The position numbers were made by a program, and so were the translations under genes. Below the pieces are notes generated by a model. The model did not search any database and had not been told where the DNA came from. It was given only the letters and a program-made list of their open reading frames with translations. From assembly GCF_006345805.1 (NCBI RefSeq), contig NC_043000.1, positions 9,796,001-9,860,000 of the forward strand: a stretch of 64,000 nt of DNA. The letters are read 5' to 3'. Source of the stretch: Octopus sinensis. Its lineage: Eukaryota. This document shows positions 1 to 12,170 of the stretch, piece after piece (within the stretch, counting starts at the first letter, position 1; every line of letters begins with the position of its first letter).

Positions 1-186
1 AGTAAGCAGGAAGTTATACACAAGATGCTATTGTTGGAACCAACTCACGGGAGACGTAGTGGAGGAAGACCTGCTCGGACAGTCATCGATCAACTCTCAG
101 ACGTTGAAAACTTCAGTAAGGAATAGTTGCCACGAGCAATGGAAAATAGGGAATTGTGGAAGGCACTTGTCGAAAATATTCTGTGA
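1..186 (+). mobile_element. 3' end of an RTE-clade LINE ORF (degenerate)
   Basis: Frame 1 reads SKQEVIHKMLLLEPTHGRRSGGRPARTVIDQLSDVENFSKE*LPRAMENRELWKALVENIL*. This resembles the RTE C-terminal pattern (xEPxHGxRxxGRPxxT...AMxxRxxW), with one internal stop. Confidence 0.7.
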
Positions 187-629
187 TCACAAAAATATGT
201 GTACATGTATGAAAATAGTATGTATGTATACGTCTATATATATATATGTATGTGTGTGTGTGTGTGTGTGTATACGACTATATATATCAGAAAGAAGTGT
301 TATAACACTATTCCACATATACAAAAACAGCCATACCAACATACCTCCATCATCAGCTGCCCTGCGGATATCATTATGGTCTCGACATCTGGGCATTACC
401 ATTCAATCTGGCGGTGTCAGCAGCACTAAAATAAGTATTGTATGGGAACAAACATACTAAAGAAACCACAACTTTCAAACACAACACATTTACCCTATGT
501 ACAACAGAATCTGTAAATAAATTCAATAAGTATATATAGGGAGAATTCACATATAAAAAACAAAAGACGAAGACAGGTGGTGTAGACAACAAACAGATAT
601 ATTAGTATAACGCTCGGCAAGTGAAAAAG

Positions 630-667
630 TCTTTAACGTTTCGAGCCTACGCTCTTCTACAGAAAGA
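630..667 (-). ncRNA. Minimal type I hammerhead ribozyme-like motif with a core variant, inside a ~180-bp short element (~552-725)
   Basis: Minus strand reads TCTTT-CTGTAGA-A-GAGC(GTAG)GCTC-GAAA-C-GT-T-AAAGA: perfect 5-bp helix I, 4-bp helix II and palindromic ACGT helix III. The core is CUGUAGA rather than CUGANGA. Confidence 0.6.
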
Positions 668-1429
668 AACACAGAACGAAACAAGGAGAGAAAATAAAGA
701 ATGTATAGTAGTTAGTGATCTATCATAGGCGTCTGCAAAGTTGTGAGCTAAATTGTACTAAAAACCAATGGTTAACCTGAGGTAAGTTATGGCAGAAAAC
801 TATTAAATCGAACCTTGAACTACGTAGTTAAAAACGAACTTCTGAACCACACAATCACGCCTGTGTCATATGACTAAATCATTCAAATAACTTTAGCTCA
901 TGTCAAATACAAAGTCTAGCAAGGTTACATTTTATGTCTATGTGAATAACACCAAATCCCACTTATCTTGTTTAATAATCTAAATATTTTTCTGTTTGAA
1001 AAACAGTACAGATTTTAAAGACATAAAAATCTTGATATTTAAAGCAGCTCCATTGTTACAAAATTATCTGACTTAGAACAGGCATAGTGATCTCATTGTT
1101 GTTATTTATCAAGATTTCCTAGATTTCTACTTTTATTTCATTTTTTAATCTCCAACGGTTTGTTTTTACAAAGTTCAAAGAGACTTGTTTTAAACATAGA
1201 CGGAACAATATTTTTATACACATAATGCCTTCTGTGTACTTTTATTACCCCTGGTGAAATATCTCATTAGTTACTTTAATTGTCATTATTGCAGACATCA
1301 AACAGTTAGAGGACACACATACACACATAAAACGAGGGAGGCTAATATGCGATCACTCTAACTGACATATTTAGCAACAAAATCTCACTGAAAATAATAA
1401 CCACTATCTTAAAGAATACACTGAAGGAT

Positions 1430-1441
1430 GTGGTTACATAT

Positions 1442-1506
<65 letters not shown>

Positions 1507-1652
1507 ATACATACATATATATATATATATATATTACATACATAATATATTATATACATACATATATATATATATATATACTACATACATATATATATAT
1601 ACATACATATATATATATATATATACATACATATATATAATATTCTATATAC

Positions 1653-1698
<46 letters not shown>

Positions 1699-1803
1699 CA
1701 TACATAACAATATATATATATATATACATACATACATACATATATATTACATATATATACATACATACAGATATCTATATATATACATACATATATATAT
1801 AAT

Positions 1804-1836
<33 letters not shown>

Positions 1837-2245
1837 TATATATACATTATTACATACATATATATATATATATATACATACATACATACATATATATATA
1901 TATATAACAAATACATATATATATATATACATACATCAATATATATATATACATATATATATACATACATATATATATATATATACATACATACATATAT
2001 AATATATAATATATATATACATACATACATATATATTATATATACATACATATATATAGATATATACATACATATATATATATATATATATACATACATA
2101 CATATATATATTCTTATATATACATACATACATACATATATATATATACATATATATATACATACATACATATATATATATACATACATACATATATATA
2201 TACATACATACATATATATATATGTATGTATGTATGTATATGTAT
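1430..2245. repeat. Compound (TA)n/(TACA)n microsatellite
   Basis: Directly visible. It explains the YIYI-type spurious ORFs. Confidence 0.97.
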
Positions 2246-3144
2246 AATATGAATGGATAGGGATGTGAAATCTGGACAGCTACTTTACAAGTACTCTAAT
2301 ATAATCCAGGTTCTGGTTAATCACATTGGATGATATGGAAGGACAGGAATTTGTTTAAGGTAAACGATCACGTGATATTTCACCCGATGGATGTTTGCTT
2401 CTTTGGAGTTCAGGCAGTATACAGAGTTAATATTTAACACTTTAAAATGAGGTCATATTAACATGTGTGTGTTTGTGTGTGCATGCGTACTTGTACATGT
2501 ACGTATGCATTTGTGTGTGTATGTATATATTTTGTGTAGGTGCGTACGTGTGTGTGTACATGTATGTATTTGTATGTATGTGTGTCTGCGTATGTGCAAA
2601 TAGTAAAAGTGTATTTGAAAGAGCGACACGTTACCAAAAGTTATGTGCTTAGTATACAGCTCAATATCCTTTCCTACAGCCCACGTTGTTTGAAAAGAAA
2701 CATCATAGCGCTAAACAGACTAGCATAAATAGTTTACGCTACATTATATAGTAAGAAGAACCGCAAAAAACACAATTGGTATCTTTAAGTATTATATAAC
2801 ATTCACACGTTTCCTTAAGCCGTGTGGTGTTGTTGCAAAAAGTATTGACTCAATTCCTCGGTATTAGTAACGAAAAATACAATATGATAATTCTTGTGTG
2901 TCCTTATATACACCAGTCATATAAGGCAGTATAGCCGAATGGAGGGCGATAGAAAACGAGATAAGAAGAATAAAGAGCAAAATTAGGGGGCAGTGATGAA
3001 CATGTACACAAGCGGATCGAGTTCCAGAAAAGCACGTATGCTATATATATATATATATATATATATAATAAATATTAGGGAATAAATCCAAATTTACAGG
3101 GAAAAAATCAGATTTAGGATTAAATCGATTTTATAGTAAAATAT

Positions 3145-3310
3145 TATAAAATATTATTCGAGACAAAACCACTATTTTGCAAAACAAACAAGGAAAGACT
3201 TAATCAATACATAAATTTTAATAAATAGTTTTTTGACTATTTATTAAAATTTTATGTATTGATTAAGTCTTTCCTTGTTTGTTTTGCAAATAGTGGTTTT
3301 GTCTCGAATA

Positions 3311-3320
<10 letters not shown>
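3145..3320. repeat. Near-perfect hairpin palindrome (~85-bp arms, 6-nt loop)
   Basis: tataaaatattattcgagac...aaatagt / tttttg / actattt...gtctcgaataatattttata, with two 1-nt homopolymer indels between arms. Followed directly by (TA)n. Confidence 0.92.
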
Positions 3321-3393
<73 letters not shown>

Positions 3394-3416
3394 TATATAT
3401 ACATATATATATACAT

Positions 3417-3455
<39 letters not shown>

Positions 3456-3944
3456 ACTTTAAATATCAATTTATTTTAATACAAACACCCACGCACACAC
3501 ACACACATACACACCTTCTTTTGCCACAAAGCAAGACATGATTTTTTTTTTCAATGCCTTTGAAACGGACGGTAAGGACGAAGCTATCCTCACACCTACG
3601 ATCTCCTAGACCGATTGTTTGCAATAGAGTGGACGCCAGCAAAAGGCACCCAAGGGCGAGGTAGTGGTATTAAACCGAGGGACGGATTACATTTATCACA
3701 TCTTTAAGTCACAGCGGGATTTGAACACAGAATGCAAAGAGCCGCAGCAGAAACACAACGTCCTCCATACGATTATCTAATGATCTCGCCAATCCACTGC
3801 CTTAGGCTGGTCCTTAACTTGTCGTACCCAGAAGGAGAAACGCGAAAGTTTATCTCTAGAGGTTACTGAATCAGAATACAAGAAGCTTTAATAAATACAA
3901 GAGATTTTGTGCGACGCTCTAACGCTTTTGTCTATATTCCTTCC

Positions 3945-4490
3945 TTCCTTCCTTCTCGAGCCATGCCTGGCTCATAAGGGCCGGTTTCCCTGTTTCTTTG
4001 GCGTATAAGTTCCCCTCTTGGACGGGACACCGGTCCGTCGTAGTTGAGCTGCAAGATGCAGGAGAAAAGAGTGAGAGAAAGTTGTGGCGAAAGAGTCAGC
4101 AGAAGTTCGCCATTACCTTCTGCCGGAGCCGCGCGGGGGTTAGGTGTTTCGCTCATAAACACACACATCGCCCGGTCTGAGATTCGAACCCGCGATCCCT
4201 TAACCGCTAGTCCGCTGCTCTAACCCCTAGGCCATGTACCTCCACACTGCACCCTTTTAAAGCCTAGCCAGGCTCATGGGCCCGGTTCCCGGTTTCAGTG
4301 ATGTATGCGTTCCCCTGCTGGACGGGACGCCTGTCCATCGCAGCGTTACTCATTTTTGCCAGCTGAGTGCCAGCAACGTGAAATGAAGTGTTTTGCTCAA
4401 GAACACAAAGCATCACCCGGTCCAGGAATCAAAACCACAATCTTACGATCATGATGCTGACACCCTAACCACTAAGACACGCACCTCCAC
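3945..4490 (-). mobile_element. Two adjacent tRNA-derived SINEs (group B variants)
   Basis: Minus strand shows tRNA-like heads with A box (TGGCYTAGxGG) and B box (GTTCGAATC / TTTTGATTCC variant), and 3' tails ending ...gagcc(a/t)ggc. Confidence 0.8.
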
Positions 4491-4676
4491 TTTTTTGTTT
4501 ATATGCATATATATTTTTTCAAGATGATCATGGGTAGGATAGCTTTGATCATAGGTCTGCTAGGCTAGGGCTGACCTTAAGATAAACAACGTTAAGTCTG
4601 TAATTTATATAATATTTGTGCATGTCTTGTCAATATTGAACTACTTGGTTACTGGTGCAATACGTACATGTATGCA

Positions 4677-4712
<36 letters not shown>

Positions 4713-4940
4713 CATACATACATGCATACATACATACATATTTATACACACACATACATATATTCCCAACGAGATGAAATCAGTGAGTCACTGAGAGAAG
4801 CTGCTTTTCAATTCCGTCAATATATATCTATACTCTACACATATATTAAATTCTTCTTCCTGAGATGGTCATACCTAGCATACACACACACACACACACA
4901 CCACACACCACACACACCACACACACACACATATATATAA

Positions 4941-5171
4941 ACGAGGTGATGCTGAAAAGTTTCTAACTTTAAGAGTATCGCGAAAGGTCTTGTTGGCGGC
5001 CCAACCTTCCGAGTTCTTTCACAGCTCTTAGAAAAACTGAAATATCACTGCAATAAGTGTGTGAATCTGAGAGATGGATATGTTGAATATATTGAATAGA
5101 ATCATAATTAACAAATCACCCTATATTTTCTGTTACCCAAAGCCAGGAACTTTTCAGCCCCCCTCCCTCGT
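4941..5171 (+). mobile_element. Mariner-derived MITE
   Basis: TIR-like ends acgaggtgatgctgaaaagttt / aagccaggaacttttcagccccccctc. The interior retains a remnant of the mariner C-terminus (LEKLK..CNKCVNL..GYVE). Paralogue at 18930-19150. Confidence 0.75.
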
Positions 5172-5624
5172 GTGTCATAATAAATGATGAATACGCCGTC
5201 AGGAAAATGGAGAAAGCGTACGTTTGAACCAAAATAGCTTGACCTATGTATTCAGCGATCATTCAACAGATACTCTCCCATTTCTCTTGACATCAGTAAT
5301 GCAATGAAATAACGATTAACCCTCTTCGAAACCTATAACGAACGACGCTGTTATTTACAGAAAACATGACATGAATAAATAAGAGAGACCTCACACAAGA
5401 CTCACAGTGAAGCGAATTGCGAACAATATTTCAGGAAGAACATAGGTGTTTCTCTGTCTACGACATTTGAATATCAATTAGTGTGACTCTTTAACATAAT
5501 GCGAAATAAGCCTGTACGGCTCGAATGTAAAGAAAACATTGAAATTAAATCAAGTCTGTTGAATCTAATTTAAAAGTGACTAAATTACTATTTACTTATC
5601 AGTAGTTTATCAATGTTGCTGACC

Positions 5625-5626
5625 GT

Positions 5627-5657
<31 letters not shown>

Positions 5658-5702
5658 CAAACATACATATCTTTATATACATACATACATACATATCTTT
5701 AT

Positions 5703-5735
<33 letters not shown>

Positions 5736-6420
5736 TATATCTTTATATACATACATACATATATATGTATATCTTTATATACATACATACATATATATGT
5801 ATATCTTTATATACATACATACATATATATGTATATCTTTATATACATACATATATATATATGTATATCTTTATATACATACATACATATATATGTATAT
5901 CTTTATATACATACATACATACATATATATGTATATCTTTATATACATACATACATATATATGTATATCTTTATATACATACATATATATGTATATCTTT
6001 ATATACATACATACATATATATGTATATCTTTATATACATACATATATATATATGTATATCTTTATATACATACATATATATGTATATCTTTATATACAT
6101 ACATACATATATATGTATATCTTTATATACATACATACATATATATATCTTTATATACATACATACATATATATATCTTTATATACATACATATATATAT
6201 ATATATCTTTATATACATATATATATATCTTTATATACATATATATATCTTTATATACATACATATATATATATATATCTTTATATACATATATATATAT
6301 CTTTATATACATATATATATATCTTTATATACATATATATATCTTTATATACATACATACAAAATATATATATATACATACATATATCTTTATATACATA
6401 CATACATAAATATATATATA

Positions 6421-6485
<65 letters not shown>
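5625..6485. repeat. ~28-30-bp minisatellite (TATCTTTATATACATACATACATATATATG-like) decaying into (TA)n
   Basis: The periodic ATCTTT marker recurs about every 20-32 nt. Confidence 0.93.
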
Positions 6486-6487
<2 letters not shown>

Positions 6488-6646
6488 AAATTAATCAAAG
6501 GACATACTAAGTATGTCTACCTGCTTGAAATAACAGTTAAAACTCTTATTAAATCGCCAAAATATACTCTGATGAAAACTACAGAAATCAAACAAAGGCA
6601 AAATCAGGTTAAGACAATCTACTAACATACATTTAAGTATCTGGAC

Positions 6647-6703
6647 TCACGTGGACCGGTTTCTGCATTGGTAAAATAAAACCTTAGCTTCTTCAGCATG
6701 TGA
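6647..6703 (-). ncRNA. Degenerate type I hammerhead ribozyme candidate
   Basis: Minus strand reads TCACATG-CTGAAGA-A-GCtaaGGT(tttatttt)ACCaatGC-A-GAAA-CCGGT-C-CACGTGA. Helix I pairs 6 of 7, helix III is the palindrome ACCGGT, the cleavage triplet is GUC, and helix II is partly mismatched. Confidence 0.5.
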
Positions 6704-6867
6704 TACCATGATTAGAGACTCCCAACCTATCGCTTCGAAGTCTGTACTGCAACTGGTTCGTTTCGCGCCGAAATCTTAACAGCCACCAGTGTAAAATAAT
6801 CTCGATACAATTTACGAGAAAAATTATTCACCAAAAATAATTTGATACCTTTGTAAATTAATTTTTG

Positions 6868-6910
<43 letters not shown>

Positions 6911-6915
<5 letters not shown>

Positions 6916-7245
6916 AAGACCCCCTTCGGTCATGAATGACCATGGGATTGCACCTAGAAAGTTACCCTCCTAGACACAAGTCCGGGCAAGGTTGTTTATG
7001 GAAGACCAGCAGTCGCCCATGCATACCAGCCTCCCCTCTCCACGCCACTGATGTTATCCAAGGGAAAGACAAAGGTCGATACAGCTTGGCAGCAGTGACG
7101 TCGCAACTCATTTCTACAGCTGAGTGAACTGGAGCAACGTGAAATAAAGTGCCTTGCTCAAGAACACAACACGCAGCCCGGTCCGGGATTCGAGCTCACA
7201 ACCTCACGATCGTAAGCTCGACGCTCTAACCACTGAGCCATGCGC

Positions 7246-7246
<1 letters not shown>
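6911..7246 (-). mobile_element. tRNA-derived SINE (group B head and central domain, distinct 3' tail)
   Basis: Head gcgcatggctcagtggttagagc...cgaatccc; shared central domain ttgagcaaggcactttatttcacgttgctccagttcactcagctg; tail ending catgaccgaagggggtctttaccc. Confidence 0.8.
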
Positions 7247-7306
<60 letters not shown>

Positions 7307-8527
7307 AATTAAATATAAAATATAAATTACAAAGTGGGACAAGAACGCAAAAACACACAGAGACGACACAAAAAGACAGACGGGTCACTCGAAGCCTCTA
7401 ATCTTCAGTCGGAACTGGATCATCTTAGCAATTTCGGCTGTTTAATTTCGATATCACTCCGAACCGGCCAGCCCCAAGGAAAAACTAAGCCACAGGCATT
7501 AGATTTCTTGGAAAGAGGATCGAATGTATACGAAACAAAGACAGGATGCCACACGAATATAAATACAAGAAACAAAAAATAGAAATGAAAAACAAGAATG
7601 GTAAGCAGTATATATATATATATATATATATATACATACATACATACGTACATGCATACATACATATGTACGTACAACACTTGCATTTTCATATTTATTG
7701 AGGTTATAAGAATGGCTGTGTGGTTGATAAGTGAGCACTTTGCAATCACGTGGTCCCGAACGCGAACCTGAACGCGGTTTCTTAAGCTAGTGTCTTCCAT
7801 CAAACCTTCAGATGTCCCAGTGTCTTATGAGTTGAATTTCAGAGAAGGAAACTGCGTAAAGAACATCGTGTGCGCGCACACACACACACACACAAACACA
7901 CATATGCGCGTGTCTGAAACTGGTTTGTTCATTTGTGTCTCTTTATGTCTAATATCTATAACGTAACGTATCCAAAAGCAGAGAGCGATAAAATACTGTA
8001 TGCACCAGACTAAAATAACTACTGGGGAACGATATGATCGCCGAAAAACCTTTAAATGTGTGCTCCAGCATGGCCACCGTCCAAACCAGTAAATCAGTGA
8101 AAGAAAATTTATAGTTCGTCGAAAATTCTTGTTTTGTGAGAAACAGTAAGTTCAGACATGTCAGGTTACTGTTAAGGTTAAACGAAATAGCTAACGAATC
8201 TTAAAATAAAATTTTTTTACCTCTTTTGTTAAGTCTTCATATTTTTCAGACAAAGATGCAAGTACGCATGGCTGTGTGGTTAAAAAGTTCGCTTCGCAAT
8301 CACATGGTTTCAGGTTCAGTCTCACTGCACAGTGACTTGGACAAGTATATTCTACTATAGCCCTGGGTTACCCAAACTTTTTTTGATGAATTTGTTAGCC
8401 CATCGCACATTAACATATGTATATGAGTGTGGCTCTGTGCTTGTGCTTATACCTAGACTGCTTCACAGCTGGTATTTGTTTACATCCCTGATCACAGTTA
8501 TACATATTCGGATTATATATATATATA

Positions 8528-10125
8528 CAGTTGCGGCCAAAATGTTCAGAACGGCATTGTTTTCGTCAGAAAAGTAGGTATAAGTTTTTATCACAGTTGT
8601 TTTCACAGACAACAAATACAATATTATTTGTTATTGCCTGAGATTTTGGTGTAATTTGAGAGGATAATACAAAAGTTATGGATGATTTAGTGATTTACTG
8701 CAAAACCCATGGCAGCCAAAATAATCAGAACGGTTGCTTTTACTCCGTGTTTTAGTATATTTAACCGGTGAACTCTAATGTTTTGAATTTGTTTACGTGA
8801 CGGTTCATTTACTAAACATTAGTAAGAATATTTGCAGTGTACTTTGTTAATATAATGCCACTTACTCCGTTACCAATTCGTCAGCAGATTATTAAGCTTC
8901 GAAGGAAGGATAATTTAAGTATTGGATCTATTGTTAAGTCAAAAAGTGTTGTACACGGTATTCTTAAGGTCTACGGTGATTGTGGTTCGTGTGAAACAAG
9001 AAAGTTTACAGGTAGGCCAAGAGAAACGACCAAGAGAGAAGATCGTGCTATGGTAAAGTTAGTTAAAAAGGACAGATCTAAAACTGCTGCTGCTGTTTCT
9101 CGGAAAATGAGCATTGTATTGAAGAAAACTTTATCTCGAAAAACTGTGTCTCGTCGTTTAGTTGAACATGACCAACAAGCAAGAGCACCTTCAGAGAAGC
9201 CACTGATCAGCTCCAAGAATAAAAAGTGTCGTCTTACCTTTGCAACCGAACATGTGTTGTGGTCGCAAGAAAAATGTCAAACGGTGCATTTCAGTGATGA
9301 ATCTAAGTTTATGCTATTTGGCTCAGATGGGAAAAGGTACGTTCGTAGAAAAGTAGGTGAAAAATTGTCACCTAAATGCCTTAAGACTAGTGTTAAATTC
9401 GGTGGAGGAAGTGTCATGGTTTGGGGAATGATATCTGGAGATGGTGTTGGCCCTTTGGTGCGATTACATGGAAAGTTAAATGCAGGAGTTTATAAACAAC
9501 ATGTAAAAGATCATGTCTTGCCTGTGCTGAGAAATTCAACTAAGCGACCACCCATATTCATGCAGGACAATGCCCCATGTCACAAGGCTAAGGTGGTCAT
9601 GAACTTCCTCAAGGCTGAAAAGGTTATTGTTATGGATTGGCCAGCTCAAAGCCCAGATCTCAATCCTATTGAAAATGTGTGGAATATTCTAGGAGAACGT
9701 TCGAAAGCCAGAAATCCTAAAACAACTGAGCAATTATGGAATGCCCTTCAGGAAGAATAGAATAAGATCACCCAGCAAGAAATTGAAAATTTAATTTCCT
9801 CATGCAGTCGAAGACGTCAGAGTGTGATTGAAGCTAAAGGGCTTCACACTAAATATTAAATAATTCCAGTATTCTCTGTCATTTTTGATTATTTTGTTAT
9901 TTTTCAACCGTTCTGATCATTTTGGCCGCCATGGGTTTTGCAGTAAATCACTAAATTATCCATAACGTTTGTATTATCCTCTCAAATTACACCAAAATCT
10001 CAGACAATAACAATTAATATTGTATTTATTGTCTGTGAAGATTATAGAATATAAAACAACTGTGATAAAAACTTATACATACTTTTCTGACGAAAACAAT
10101 GCCGTTCTGAACATTTTGGCCGCAA

Positions 10126-10128
<3 letters not shown>
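8528..10128 (+). mobile_element. Tc1-family DNA transposon, IR/DR type, 1601 bp
   Basis: TIRs of ~210-225 bp (8528-~8736 and ~9905-10128) start CAGTTGCGGCCAAAATG and each has outer and inner direct repeats (gccaaaat..tcagaacgg). Flanked by TA within (TA)n, and encloses a transposase ORF. Confidence 0.97.
8855..9859 (+). pseudogene. Tc1 DD34E transposase with one premature stop
   Basis: MPLTPLPIRQQII..., GRPR motif, and catalytic FSDESKF / FMQDNAPCH / SPDLNPIENVW. TAG at 9758-9760 lies where Trp is expected. The frame continues NKITQQEIENLISSCSRRRQSVIEAKGLHTKY*. Confidence 0.95.
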
Positions 10129-10173
<45 letters not shown>

Positions 10174-10569
10174 TCCGAATAAGTAGTGCCGCGCTGTTGG
10201 ATTGAACCTGAAACCAAGTGGTTACAAAATGAGCTTCTTAACTACATAGCCATTCCTGTGTCAAGTATACTATGAAATAAAATTTCATTTATTCTGACCT
10301 GTTTAGGAAGAAGGGTGGAATTTTTGTTACTTACTTGCATCGGTAAGGTCGTACCATTCAGGGCAGTAGACTAATACAACCTTGTCGGTGTCTTTCCACA
10401 TTGTGTTAGCATACCCTGTGTGAAGAAACAAAAATAGACACGGTTAGTTTAGTACATGTGATGATATAAAATACAACATATTGTTGGAGATAAAACAACG
10501 TTGATATAGCATATGAGACAATATAAAGCATTGAATTGGTATAGCATAAAAAAGATAAATAAATGCGCC

Positions 10570-11062
10570 CTTTTTAAAGCCTAACCAGGCTCATGGGCCC
10601 GGTTTCCCAGTTTCTATGGCGTATGTGTACCCAGCTGGACAGGACGCCAGTCCATCGCTGCGTTACTCATTTTTGCCAGCTGAGTGGACTGGAGCAACGT
10701 GAAATGAAATGTTTTGCTCAAGAACACAACGCGTCGCCCGGTCCAGGAATCGAAACCACAACCTTACGATCATGATGCTGACACCCTAACCACTAAGCCA
10801 TGCGCCTCCACAAATGTTCCTTCTCGAGCCATGCCAGGCTCATAAGGGCCGGTTTCCAGGTTTCAGTGGCGTAGAAATTCCCCACCTGGACGGGACGCCG
10901 GTTCGTCGCAGGATTACTCATTTTCGCCAGCTGAGTGGACTGGAGCAACGTGAAATGAAGTGTTTTGCTCAAGAGCACAACGCATCACCCGGTCTAGGAA
11001 TCGAAACCACAACTTTACGATCATGGGTTCAACACCTTAACCAATAAGCCACGCGCATCCAC
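10570..11062 (-). mobile_element. Head-to-tail pair of group B SINEs
   Basis: Two consecutive minus-strand units with tRNA heads (gtggaggcgcatggcttagtgg / gtggatgcgcgtggcttattgg), the same central domain and slightly different tails. Confidence 0.85.
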
Positions 11063-11384
11063 GGTATAGCATAGGGAACTATTTAAAATATTGCTTCAGT
11101 ATAGAATAGAGGAAGGCGACGAACTGGCAGAATCGTTAGCACGGCGTTAAAAATTCGTTGTGACGTTTCTTCCGAATATTTTCTTCTGAATTCAAATCCC
11201 AACGAGGACAACTTAGCCTTTCGTCCTTTCAGGATCGATAAAATAAAGTAACAACCAAGCCTCAAAGTTGCCGACCATGGGCCCTGCAGCGGACTGGCAT
11301 TCAGTTCAGGGTGAATGTTGTAGTCACAATCTCTTATTCAACATGGAAGCCGGGTAACCAGCCCTATGAGTCGTATGGCCCGAA

Positions 11385-11700
11385 GGGTGAAGGCGCGTGG
11401 TTTAGTGGTTAGAATATTCGACTCGTGAGTTCGATTCTCGGCGGTGCGTTATGTTCTTGAGCAAGACACTTTATTTCTCGTTGCTTCAGTTCACTCAGCT
11501 GGCAAAATGGGTTGTACTAGTATTTCAAAGGGCCAGCCTTGTCATATTGTGTGTCACGCTGAATCTCCTTGAAAACTACGTCAAGGGCAAACGTCTCTCT
11601 AGGGTGCACAACCATTTGCACGTTGATTTTACGAGGAGGTTGTTCCGTTGATCGGATCAACTGAACCTCACCTCGCCGTAACTGACAGAGTGTCAGCTAA
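11385..11700 (+). mobile_element. Group B SINE (degenerate)
   Basis: gtgaaggcgcgtggtttagtggttag head, ttgagcaagacact central domain and tail ...gatcggatcaactg... Confidence 0.75.
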
Positions 11701-11937
11701 TAGTGCTTAAGGGTAAAGTAGCACAGAAGGCTTTTACAAAACAACAGCTTAGCTTCGGAGTGGTGCTATAGAATGTATGACAGTGTCAAAGGTTAATTAA
11801 AAGAATACGCTGTTTTTAAAGAATGATTTGAAAAATTTGGTAAATGTCTTACAGTAATTGATTTTTTTACTCTCCCTGCATTCTTTGTTCAAAGTATGAA
11901 GAATGTTTAAATTTTACGAAATACTATATAGGTAGAT

Positions 11938-12170
11938 AAGGCGGCGAGCTGGCAGAATCGTTAGCACACCGGGCGAAATGCGTAGCCGTATTTCGTCTGC
12001 CGTTACGTTCTGAGTTCAAATTCCGCCGAGGTCGACTTTGCCTTTCATCCTTTCGGGGTCGATTAAATAAGTACCAGTTACGCACTGGGGTCGATACAAT
12101 CGACTTAATCCGTTTGTCTGTCCTTGTTTGTCCTCTCTGTGTTTAGCCCCTTGTGGGTAGTAAAGAAATA
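11938..12170 (+). mobile_element. Group A1 tRNA-derived SINE (octopus OK-like by recollection), followed by the remainder of an older A-type copy
   Basis: A box TGGCAGAATCGTTAG, B box GAGTTCAAATTCC, central gaggtcgactttgcctttcatcctttcggggtcg, tail gccccttgtgggtagtaaagaaata. The 3' flank begins GGTATTTC. Confidence 0.88.

Noticed and set aside
300-530. Possible decayed GIY-YIG/Penelope C-terminus next to the 630-667 hammerhead
   Set aside because: Only vague peptide resemblance across several frames, and it would lie on the opposite strand to the ribozyme.
1428-6488. Many long ORFs rich in Y/I/H/T/C/V (also near 16447-17012, 26802-27252, 27945-29385, 31084-31582, 40408-40650)
   Set aside because: These are translations of stop-poor microsatellite frames, not genes.
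7300-7620. Structured element with CTTAG/CTAAG and GGCTG/CAGCC pairings plus GAAA, and a nearby CTGAAGA, on the minus strand
   Set aside because: The CUGANGA block is missing at the required position (TTTTTCCTTG instead), and the downstream CTGAAGA cannot be closed into a type II or III fold.
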